A program made the translations under genes and the position numbers. Source: Opitutia bacterium (lineage in GTDB: Bacteria > Verrucomicrobiota > Verrucomicrobiia > Opitutales > Opitutaceae). Taken from it: DNA of 64,000 bases. The notes beneath the pieces are model-generated. The model was not told the DNA's origin and made no database searches. It saw only the letters and a list, made by a program, of their open reading frames with translations. This document shows positions 12,046-19,864 of the stretch, piece by piece; position 1 is the first letter of the stretch; each line of letters opens with the position of its first letter. The stretch is taken from assembly GCA_947478395.1 (NCBI GenBank), contig CANJVR010000002.1:64001-128000 (forward strand), given 5' to 3'.

Positions 12046-12869
12046 ACGACGCGGGCCCGACGCCGGTGCCGGCACAGGAACCGTTTGATCCGTGGCGAGC
12101 GTGTGCATGGCCCCGGCGAATTCAGACCTCGCGAGTGCGTTTGATCACATTGGAGGAGCTGAAGAGCTGGATCGTATATGAAGACGAACGCCTGCTCGTC
12201 GTGAACAAGCCGGGCGACGTCGTGTGTCATCCCTCGAAAGCCGGACCATGGTCGAGTCTCGTGGGCGCCGCGCGCGAATACACCGGGCTGCCCACGATGC
12301 ATCTCGTGTTTCGGCTCGACCGGGAAACGAGCGGCGTAGTCGTGCTCGCGAAGGACGCCGCGATGGCGAGCCGATTGCAAACCGCGATGATGGACCGGAA
12401 AGCCGGCAAACTGTACCTGGCCGTGCTCGCCGGCGAATTGAGCGCGGCCGTGACCGTGAACCAACCCTTGGGCGACGACACCGCGAGTCCGGTGTTCATC
12501 AAGACGACGGTGGTGGCGGAGGGCGGGCAGGCGGCGGTGACTCATTTCACTCCGGTCGCAGCGTCGCAGGGATTCACCTTCGTCCGCGTCGTTACCGAAA
12601 CAGGGCGGAAACATCAGATCCGCGCGCACGCGCAGTGGCTGGGCCACTCGATCGTGGGGGATAAAATCTACGGACCGGATGCGCGCTGCTATTTGGAGTT
12701 TATCGAGACGGGTTGGACGCCGGCGTTGGCGGAGAAACTCCTGCTCTCGCGGCAGGCGCTGCATTGCGCCGAGATCGATCTGCGGTCGGTCGGAGTGACG
12801 GAGGTATTCCGAGCGCCGCTGGCGGCGGACCTGAGGGAGTTCGGCGCGGCGAGAGGATTGCCGGTGTGA
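12042..12869 (+). CDS. RluA-family RNA pseudouridine synthase
   Basis: 'VVNKPG', catalytic 'RLDRETSG', 'TGRKHQIRAH', 'VGDKIYG'; ATG at 12042 overlaps the SDR stop. Confidence 0.92.
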   Translation: MNDAGPTPVPAQEPFDPWRACAWPRRIQTSRVRLITLEELKSWIVYEDERLLVVNKPGDVVCHPSKAGPWSSLVGAAREYTGLPTMHLVFRLDRETSGVVVLAKDAAMASRLQTAMMDRKAGKLYLAVLAGELSAAVTVNQPLGDDTASPVFIKTTVVAEGGQAAVTHFTPVAASQGFTFVRVVTETGRKHQIRAHAQWLGHSIVGDKIYGPDARCYLEFIETGWTPALAEKLLLSRQALHCAEIDLRSVGVTEVFRAPLAADLREFGAARGLPV

Positions 12870-12885
12870 GAACGGGTTGAAAAAT

Positions 12886-12964
12886 CAGGGTGCGTTAACC
12901 TTAACGCGCGGTTCGACACGGCGCCCGTTTTTCTGCACCCGGCGGAATAAGGATAACCCCAGCT
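12886..12964. repeat. Degenerate GTAGGGCG-family REP doublet
   Basis: CAGGGTGCGTTAACCTTAACGCGC...GGCGGAATAAGGATAACCCC resembles 14836-14924. Confidence 0.5.
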
Positions 12965-12974
12965 CCCCAAATCA

Positions 12975-13074
12975 GTTTAACCGAATTCATAGCGGGCAAC
13001 GACGTAGCGGCAGGCGTCCCTGCGGACCAAAACGATGACGACGAACCTGGCAGGCCGGGACGCCTGCCGCTCCA
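12975..13074. mobile_element. MITE-like repeat, copy B (degenerate, reverse orientation)
   Basis: AACGACGTAGCGGCAGGCGTCCCTGC...GGCAGGCCGGGACGCCTGCCGCTCC. Confidence 0.7.
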
Positions 13075-13375
13075 GTGCCGCCCGATGCGCCGAGACCCGC
13101 TGGGCGAGGGGCAACGCCGAGGGTGTTGCCCGCGTGTCGCCGAGCGTCTTGTGATGCGCGCGGCGATAAATCGCCTCCGCCAGGTCTCCCGCATGAATCC
13201 CGGGAAAAGATAAATGCGAGGACGCGGACCGGGCGTGCGTTTGATCAGCGCGATCAGCGGCACTCCGCAATTTCCGGAAGCGCTCGATCCGAAAACCAGC
13301 GGCGCGACCGGCCGCTTCAAAGCGCCTCACCAGCGCGGTCGGATCGATCAGGGGTGCGGCTTTGACAGCGGCCAC
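13066..13375 (-). pseudogene. Frameshifted, internally deleted remnant of an M14-like (succinylglutamate desuccinylase/MpaA-type) metallopeptidase
   Basis: Two frames stitch into 'FEAAGRAAGFRIERF/GNCGVPLIALIKRTPGPRPRIYL/GIH' then directly 'EAIYRRAHH..TPSALPLAQRVSAHRAALE'; family assignment from recalled motif similarity. Confidence 0.6.
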
Positions 13376-13434
13376 GCGTGGCTACTTGCTGTTCGTTTTC
13401 AACGATCACAAGCCACCGTCTTTTGTTGTCCACC

Positions 13435-14805
13435 ATGTCCCCCGTTCGCGTTCGTTTTGCCCCGAGTCCCACCGGTTTCTTTCACATCGGCAGCGCGCGC
13501 ACGGCGCTTTTCAACTGGCTCTATGCCCGGCACACGGGCGGCACGTTTATCCTGCGCATCGAGGACACGGATAAGGAGCGCAACAGTGAGGAGTTCCTCA
13601 ACGTCATCTACGACTCGCTGAACTGGCTCGGTATGAATTGGGACGAAGGTCCGAACGTCGGCGGCGCATTCGGCCCGTACCGTCAAAGCGAGCGCGCGGC
13701 GGTTTACCGCGAATACCTCGCGAAACTCACCGCGGCCGGCCGCACTTACGAAAAGGACGGCGCGATTTATTTCAAACTGCTCGGCGAGCGCCACGAGGTC
13801 TTCGACGAGCACCGCAAAAAAACCGTCACCAAGGTGAAAGTGCCGCCGAGCGTGATCGAGGACCAGATCCGCGGCCGCGTCGAACGCGTCGAAGACGAGG
13901 ATTTCGTGATTTTCCGCTCCGACGGAAATCCCGTTTTTCATTTCGTGAACGTGGTCGACGACATCGCGATGCAGATCACGCACGTGATCCGCGGCGAGGA
14001 CCACCTCTCGAACACGAGCAAGCACGTCGAGTTGTTCAAGGCCTTCGGTGCGCCGATGCCGGCGTTTGCGCATATCCCGCTCATCCTGAAACAGAATGGC
14101 CCGGGCAAGATGTCGAAACGCGACCAGGGCGCCTTGATTGAGGAATATCAACGGCGCGGTTTTCTCCCGGAGGCATTGGTCAATTTCCTCTGCCTGCTCG
14201 GCTGGAATCCCGGCGACGACCGCGAGAAAATGCCGATCGCCGAAGTCATCCGCCTCTTCGATTTGCCCGGCGTGAACCAGAGCAACGCGCGTTTCGACGA
14301 AAAGAAACTCGCGCACATGAACATGGTTTACCTGCTGGAATTGCCGGCCGACCGGTTTGTGCAGCTCGCAAAAAACTATTTCGGAAAACACGCGGCGGGT
14401 CCGGCGGCGCTGGCGGATGAGACGCTCTTCCGCGAGGTCATGCTGCTCGCCCAGCCGAAAATCAAAGGCTTCGAGGAGCTGCCGGCGTACACCGGTTATT
14501 TTTTCGCGGACGATTTTCCGATCGATGCGAAGGTGAAGGAAAAAGTGATGGCGAAGGGCGATCCCAAGGCGCGGCTCGCGGAGTTGATCGCGGCGTTGCC
14601 GGCGATGGATCTTTCGAGCGACCCGGCGATCGAGGAAGCGATCAAACAACTGGCCGCCGACAAAGGTCTCGGCTTCGGCGATTATCAGGCCGTGGCCCGA
14701 CTGGCCGTCTCAGGCACCAACGCCGGCCCGAGCATCACCAGCATGTTTCGTGTGCTTGGACGCGAGCGGGTGCTCCGTCGGCTCGAGCAGTTGCGGGCGG
14801 GTTGA
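13435..14805 (+). CDS. gltX: Glutamate--tRNA ligase
   Basis: 'RFAPSPTG', HIGH-like 'HIGS', 'LRIEDTD', 'THVIRGEDH', 'KMSKR'. Confidence 0.96.
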   Translation: MSPVRVRFAPSPTGFFHIGSARTALFNWLYARHTGGTFILRIEDTDKERNSEEFLNVIYDSLNWLGMNWDEGPNVGGAFGPYRQSERAAVYREYLAKLTAAGRTYEKDGAIYFKLLGERHEVFDEHRKKTVTKVKVPPSVIEDQIRGRVERVEDEDFVIFRSDGNPVFHFVNVVDDIAMQITHVIRGEDHLSNTSKHVELFKAFGAPMPAFAHIPLILKQNGPGKMSKRDQGALIEEYQRRGFLPEALVNFLCLLGWNPGDDREKMPIAEVIRLFDLPGVNQSNARFDEKKLAHMNMVYLLELPADRFVQLAKNYFGKHAAGPAALADETLFREVMLLAQPKIKGFEELPAYTGYFFADDFPIDAKVKEKVMAKGDPKARLAELIAALPAMDLSSDPAIEEAIKQLAADKGLGFGDYQAVARLAVSGTNAGPSITSMFRVLGRERVLRRLEQLRAG

Positions 14806-14835
14806 TCGCCGGTTCCGGAGCGGCGTCTGAAAGGG

Positions 14836-14924
14836 GTAGGGCGCGTTCTCCTTAACGCGCCGGTTCGCCGCCGCCCATCCTGCGAGCCGAGTCCCAGCGG
14901 CGGGGGAGGGATAATCCGCCCTAC
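14836..14924. repeat. GTAG-type REP doublet (family GTAGGGCG), copy 2
   Basis: Reverse complement aligns along nearly the whole of 8250-8336. Confidence 0.8.
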
Positions 14925-14952
14925 CTTCGTCCCGAGGCTTGGTGCACGTCGT

Positions 14953-15078
14953 CTAGGGCGGTCTAACCAAAAGCGCGGCCGCTAACCACGTAGCGGCAGG
15001 CGTCCCTGCCTGCCGAAACAAGGAGGCCGAACCCGGCAGGCAGGGACGCCTGCCGCTACACAAAACGGCCAGCTCTAA
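14953..15078. mobile_element. MITE-like repeat, copy C (reverse orientation)
   Basis: CTAGGGCGGTCTAACC...GTAGCGGCAGGCGTCCCTGCCTGCCG / CGGCAGGCAGGGACGCCTGCCGCTAC...GCTCTAA. Confidence 0.8.
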
Positions 15079-15084
15079 CGTGAC

Positions 15085-16059
15085 TCAGTCCCGCCAGCGC
15101 GTCTGCGCTCGGGGACGGCGCCGCGGACCTCGCCCATCGTTTTCCCATGCGGCGATGGTGGCATTGAGATGATCGAGCTGACGTTGCAGAAAACGAATGT
15201 CGTGGAGGAAATTGGCTTCCGTGCGCTCCTGGAGTGCAGCCCGCTGCTTTTCTTTTTTCGTAAAACGCCACGCCGGCGAGTCGCGATAGCTGGAGAGTTT
15301 TCGCTCGGTGTCGCGACGGGCGCCATGCAGTTCGACGATCGCTTGGCGGAGACGACTGAGCGCTGACGAAGGGCCGAGGATCTCGTGCGCTTCTTCCCAA
15401 TTCACTTCGAGGCGCGCGAGCCAATCCGTATCTGCGGCCGCCCAGGCTTGCTGGACCTCGTGCCAGAGGCGTTGGCGCGCGGCGGTCCATTCTCCGCCGC
15501 GGTCGGGATGGAGGCGCTGGACCAGCCGACGATAAATCGCGCGGGCATCCGATGACGGCGTTGGACCGCGTTCGACGGGGAAATCGTCGTCGCGGGCTTC
15601 GTGGCGATACTGGCCGGATGACGTTTCTACGTCGGGGTCATCGGGGCGAAACGAGGCGTCGTCGTCGTTTCGCTCCGACGTTTCGGGCTGGGCCTCGCGC
15701 GCTTTCTGTTCGCGCCAGAGTCGCTTCAACGAACCGCCTGAGTAAGCCGACATGGCTTGCACCAGTTGGACCTGGTGGGCCTTGGTCGTTACTTCGGCGT
15801 GAAGCTCGCGGAGCAGGGTAACGAGCCGGGGAAACAGGCGGTGAAGCCACGAATCGTACGCGGGGACGTCGATTTCCTCGTGGCGCTGCAAATCGCGCGC
15901 GGCTTTTTCGAGGCGCTTGCGCGCGGTGTGGAGTTCGGCCCAGGCCGCCGCCTGCAGCCTCCGCTGGTCGATCACAATCAGCACCCCGACTCGCGCCGGC
16001 TCCCGCCGGTTCACGGCGAGTGACGGAGAACGCTCGGGAGAGGATTTCGACTTGAGCAT
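15085..16059 (-). CDS. Coiled-coil protein with an internal J-domain-like segment
   Basis: 'ARAIYRRLVQRLHPDRGG' HPD motif flanked by helical regions; start uncertain (ORF open to 16329). Confidence 0.7.
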   Translation of the reverse strand: MLKSKSSPERSPSLAVNRREPARVGVLIVIDQRRLQAAAWAELHTARKRLEKAARDLQRHEEIDVPAYDSWLHRLFPRLVTLLRELHAEVTTKAHQVQLVQAMSAYSGGSLKRLWREQKAREAQPETSERNDDDASFRPDDPDVETSSGQYRHEARDDDFPVERGPTPSSDARAIYRRLVQRLHPDRGGEWTAARQRLWHEVQQAWAAADTDWLARLEVNWEEAHEILGPSSALSRLRQAIVELHGARRDTERKLSSYRDSPAWRFTKKEKQRAALQERTEANFLHDIRFLQRQLDHLNATIAAWENDGRGPRRRPRAQTRWRD

Positions 16060-16327
16060 GTGGACCGTTGAAGAAATCGCGGACGCCGTGGAACGCCACT
16101 GACAACGAGCGGAAATTTTCGCCGGTGCGAATCGCGAGAATTGGTATGCGAGAAACCCGAGGGAAAGTGACGGAGGCTTTGGGCGATTGGAAAGGATCCG
16201 ACTTAAGCCGGAACGATACCGTTGAGCCGCGCAGTAACGCGAATAACCAGAGGTTTCGTACTGCATGAATCCGGTTACGTGCAGCGAGTCTCGCATTCTT
16301 GTCGGAAAATGGGTCAGTTTATTGCGC

Positions 16328-16816
16328 ATGACTGCCCCTTCAAATTCTCCCCGCTATGGAGCGCTCGCCTGGTTTCTTATCGCCACCTTCGCCGCTGCGG
16401 CGGTGGGCACCGTCGCGACGTTCCGTGGCGTGACCACGTGGTATCCCTTGCTCGCGAAGCCAGCCTGGACGCCGCCGAGCGCGCTCTTCGGTCCGGTGTG
16501 GACTGCCTTGTACATCGCAATGGCCGTGGCGGCTTGGCGCGTGTGGCGAATTCGGACCGGGGCTAAGGCGACTGCGGCGGTGAGTACCTATGGATGTCAG
16601 CTGCTGCTCAATGCCCTGTGGTCCGTTTTATTTTTTGGGCTTCGGCGTCCGGATTTTGCCCTGATCGACATCGTGGCGTTGTGGGCGATCCTCGCGATTT
16701 TGCTCGTGCGCTATTGGCGCGCTGATCGTTGGGCGGGCGCGCTTTGGACGCCGTATTTTTTATGGGTCAGCTTTGCCTCCGCGCTCAACGGCTCGATCTG
16801 GGACCTGAATCGGTAA
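16328..16816 (+). CDS. tspO: TspO/MBR tryptophan-rich sensory protein
   Basis: 'WYPLLAKPAWTPP..LFGPVWTALY', 'QLLLNALWS.LFFG', 'PYFLWVSFASALN'. Confidence 0.93.
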   Translation: MTAPSNSPRYGALAWFLIATFAAAAVGTVATFRGVTTWYPLLAKPAWTPPSALFGPVWTALYIAMAVAAWRVWRIRTGAKATAAVSTYGCQLLLNALWSVLFFGLRRPDFALIDIVALWAILAILLVRYWRADRWAGALWTPYFLWVSFASALNGSIWDLNR

Positions 16817-16846
16817 GCGAAACGGGGGGTCGGAGCTTAGTCGGAT

Positions 16847-17103
16847 TTAAGCGCGAAGACGCCAAGGCGCGAAGGTCGGAGCGAAGCAAGCCCGGGACTA
16901 GAGCGGTTTAAGTTTTTCCGTGGTTGTGTGTAGCGGCAGGCGTCCCTGCCTGCCGGGTTTGGCGTTCACCCATCGGCAGGCAGGGACGCCTGCCGCTACG
17001 TCGTTAGCCGTTACGCTTTGGGTTTAAACCGCTCTAAACTGCCTTGCCCGATCCGAACTCCGTCTTCGCGCAATCTTCGCAGCCTTTGCACCTTCGCGCT
17101 TAA
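16847..17103. repeat. TTAAGCGCGAAG inverted-repeat element enclosing MITE copy D
   Basis: Left arm TTAAGCGCGAAGACGCCAAGGCGCGAAG; right arm CTTCGCAGCCTTTGCACCTTCGCGCTTAA. Confidence 0.75.
16899..17036. mobile_element. MITE-like repeat, copy D (best preserved, 138 bp)
   Basis: Perfect 13-bp TIR TAGAGCGGTTTAA/TTAAACCGCTCTA; internal hairpin 16930-16999. Confidence 0.85.
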
Positions 17104-17135
17104 TTCGAATTCCGCCCAGCCGAAGCGACGTTCTC

Positions 17136-18539
17136 CTATTTCCCGGGGTGCAGATGCTTGGTCATGAAGGGCAGGGCGACGTCGTAATTCAGCGCGGCGT
17201 GCCCGCCATTGTTCAGGTAGAACGCGAGGTCTTCTCCGACGAGTTCGGATGTGACGGGCTCCTGCTGCACGGTGCGGTCAACACCCTTCTTGCCCAGCAA
17301 CCGATACGCTGGCGTGGCGGCGATGGCGGCGAGATATTCGCCCTTCGGGTCGGACCACTGGTCGCCGTTCGCGGCGGCGTGCAACAATAGCGGGCGCGGC
17401 GCCATGGCGGCGACGAGCAGGTGGGTGTCCATCGGCATCTCCTCCGGATGCGCCGCGTACTTTTGGTAGTTCGCGGCAAACTGATACGGATAACGCGTCG
17501 GGGCGACGAGGTGCGCGATCGTCTCACCGTAGTTGCGCCGGGCGAGCGCCGCACCGCCTTCACCGCTACTGCAGGCAATGACCATGGCGATGCGCGGATC
17601 GTTTACGCCGGCCCACAAAACAGTTTTCCCCAGACGTGAGCCGCCGGTGATCGCGACGCGCGTGGCGTCGACGTCGTGGTCGGTTTCGAAGTAATCCATG
17701 ACCCGGCTGAGGCCCCAGGCCCACGCGGCGATCGCGCCCCATTCGTCGGCCGCCGGAGCGGTCTGCCCGGGTGCGAGCGCGAGTTTGCGGGCAATGTTGA
17801 CGTTGGGATTCAACGCTGCGCCCTCGATGTCGGTTTCGATGTCGCCCTTGGAAAGCGAGGCGTAGCCGAATCCCGCTTCAATCATGCGAGCGATGGGCGG
17901 TCCCGCGGGGGCGCCGCGACCCGCTCGTGCGGCGGCAGCCGGAGCGGCCGCTCCGGCTGCAACAGTTGCCGCTGCTGCCGCGGGAGCCACGGCCGTGTTC
18001 GCTGGCGGAGTTGCCGCCGCGGCGGGCGCGGGTGCCGCGTTGGCGGCAGGAGCGGCGCCAGCCGCCGGAGGGCGAGCGCCAAATTGGAATCCGACGAGTA
18101 CGGGCACCGGCTTGGTGGCGTGAGCGGGCGTGTAAAGGGTGACGTTGATCGCCGGTCCATCCGGCCCGCCCATGTGGCCGACGAGTTGTTTCAAAACGGC
18201 GGCGCCGCCGAGAGCGGTCCGGTCGACGCTGGTGACCATCCATGTCACTTTCGGCGCGGTGGCGGGAATGCGGCCGTAGACCTGCGTCTCGTAGAATTTG
18301 ACGATTTCCGGACGGCGCAGCTTAGCCCAGGCGGCGGCGTCTTTGACCGGCTGACCGTTGAGGAGCGTCAGCGTATCAGGGAGAGTGTACGGCGCGACAT
18401 TGGCCTCGGTGTTGTTGACGGGAATGTTGGCGACCGCTCGAGGGCTGGGCACATCGGCCACCTGGCCGTGAGTGGAGGTGATACCCAGTATCGCGGAAAG
18501 CAGAGCGAAGGGAATCGAGACAGCGAAAACGTTTTTCAT
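17136..18539 (-). CDS. Secreted CE15-like (glucuronoyl esterase-type) alpha/beta hydrolase
   Basis: Signal peptide; 'WGAIAAWAWGLSRVMDY', nucleophile motif 'GGSRLGK', 'SGEGGAAL', 'APRP', 'DQWSDPKGEY'. Confidence 0.85.
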   Translation of the reverse strand: MKNVFAVSIPFALLSAILGITSTHGQVADVPSPRAVANIPVNNTEANVAPYTLPDTLTLLNGQPVKDAAAWAKLRRPEIVKFYETQVYGRIPATAPKVTWMVTSVDRTALGGAAVLKQLVGHMGGPDGPAINVTLYTPAHATKPVPVLVGFQFGARPPAAGAAPAANAAPAPAAAATPPANTAVAPAAAAATVAAGAAAPAAAARAGRGAPAGPPIARMIEAGFGYASLSKGDIETDIEGAALNPNVNIARKLALAPGQTAPAADEWGAIAAWAWGLSRVMDYFETDHDVDATRVAITGGSRLGKTVLWAGVNDPRIAMVIACSSGEGGAALARRNYGETIAHLVAPTRYPYQFAANYQKYAAHPEEMPMDTHLLVAAMAPRPLLLHAAANGDQWSDPKGEYLAAIAATPAYRLLGKKGVDRTVQQEPVTSELVGEDLAFYLNNGGHAALNYDVALPFMTKHLHPGK

Positions 18540-18607
18540 GGGGAGTGGGTGCGGAAAGGCTGTCCTATTGAGGCGAGCGTGCGCAATCCACGAATCGCTG
18601 ATCGGAC

Positions 18608-18636
18608 TTAAGCGTGAAGATGCAAAGTGAAGCGAA
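18608..18636. repeat. Left arm of TTAAGCG element (pairs with 19811-19851)
   Basis: TTAAGCGTGAAGATGCAAAG preceded by TCGGAC, as in the other copies. Confidence 0.65.
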
Positions 18637-18714
18637 CGCGTCAGCGACGAAATCGAACACGCTCCGATAAAAATGACTGCATGTTCTCTTGCGGGGTCGC
18701 TTGATTCGATTGCG

Positions 18715-19338
18715 TCACGGTAGCCGATCCGACGGCACGATTATAAATCCTCCGGCGGGGTCGCCGTAGCCATGGAATCGATCGCGAAAAAAGGCGTCGG
18801 CTGCGATTGCGCATAGCGCAGCGTCCACTTCATCGATGCTGGTAAGCAAAGCTGGATCGAGGCCCCATCGGCGGAGTAGGCCGCGGCGCACCAAATTTTT
18901 TTCTTTCGCAGAGACCACTTCACCCGCCAGGGCACAAGCGACAGCTTGGGGAAACGTCTCGAAGCAGACTTGTGACGTTCGGGGAGTGCCATCGTAAACC
19001 GGATGGGTCGGGCGAAGCGCGGCGTAGAGTTTCATGCCCGCCAACATCCAAGTATAGAACGGGTGCTCCGCGGCTTTCTCCTCGGTTGGCGTCGAAAAGC
19101 TGGAAATTCCTGCGCCGGCCATTTGACGCTCTGCGGTGCGGGAGGGTCCCCGCGGCTGGCGCCACCGGCAAGGGGCATCGATCGCGACGACGTCGGCCCC
19201 GCGCGATTGAACCCAAGCCGCAACCTCGTCCGCGCTTCGGCTCCTCAATTTTGAGGTAATCGTCCGATCCTGCAGTGCGACGGCATGAAACCCTTTCGCT
19301 GGCCCGCCGACATCAACCCCGATCAGGATCTTGCCCAT
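18715..19338 (-). CDS. DUF429 domain protein (predicted RNase H-like nuclease)
   Basis: 'IGVDVG', 'VVAIDAP', 'FETFP', 'DEVDAALCA', 'GFIIVP'. Confidence 0.82.
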   Translation of the reverse strand: MGKILIGVDVGGPAKGFHAVALQDRTITSKLRSRSADEVAAWVQSRGADVVAIDAPCRWRQPRGPSRTAERQMAGAGISSFSTPTEEKAAEHPFYTWMLAGMKLYAALRPTHPVYDGTPRTSQVCFETFPQAVACALAGEVVSAKEKNLVRRGLLRRWGLDPALLTSIDEVDAALCAIAADAFFRDRFHGYGDPAGGFIIVPSDRLP

Positions 19339-19356
19339 GTTAGGAGACGATGCGAC

Positions 19357-19627
19357 GGAGTCAGGTAGCCCATTTCCCACTCGTGATTGGCGACGGGGGG
19401 AATGACGACAGAAATTTCCCCGCTCTCTTCGAAGTCGGCCCGAAAGGTCAGCAACGTTAAACGTTCAGCGTTCGCTCGAACTTCTGAATTCGTCCCGTGG
19501 GCCAGCTCGCTCGCGAGCGCTCCCGACGATCGACGCCGACGGACGCGTTCCTGAAATCCTCCCACTCAAGATTCAACCCACGATCCCTTCTGGATCGCCC
19601 GGTGGGGGAAATGGGCAACCTGACCCC
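19357..19627. repeat. 271-bp segment bounded by 22-bp inverted repeats (GGGGTCAGGT-type)
   Basis: GGAGTCAGGTAGCCCATTTCCC (19357-19378) vs GGGAAATGGGCAACCTGACCCC (19606-19627), 2 mismatches. Confidence 0.75.
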
Positions 19628-19666
19628 TTCTGAATCGCTCACCATGACCCCGTCTGGGCTTTCCCA

Positions 19667-19784
19667 GGCCGTTTGGTGTAGCGGCAGGCGTCTCTGCCTG
19701 CCGGGTTCGGCGTTCGCACAGCGGCAGGCAGGGACGCCTGCCGCTACGTCGCCTGCCGCTACGCTTTGGGTCTAAGCCACTCTG
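19667..19784. mobile_element. MITE-like repeat, copy E
   Basis: GTAGCGGCAGGCGTCTCTGCCTGCCG...GCAGGGACGCCTGCCGCTAC...ACGCTTTGGGTCTAAGCCACTCT. Confidence 0.75.
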
Positions 19785-19810
19785 AACCGCGTGGCTGGAT
19801 TCGATTCCGG

Positions 19811-19851
19811 CTTCGCGCGACCTTTGCCCGGCTTCGCGTCTTTGCGCTTAA
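19811..19851. repeat. Right arm of TTAAGCG element (pairs with 18608-18636)
   Basis: CTTCGCGCGACCTTTGCCCGGCTTCGCGTCTTTGCGCTTAA. Confidence 0.7.
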
Positions 19852-19864
19852 GCTGAACTCTGCG

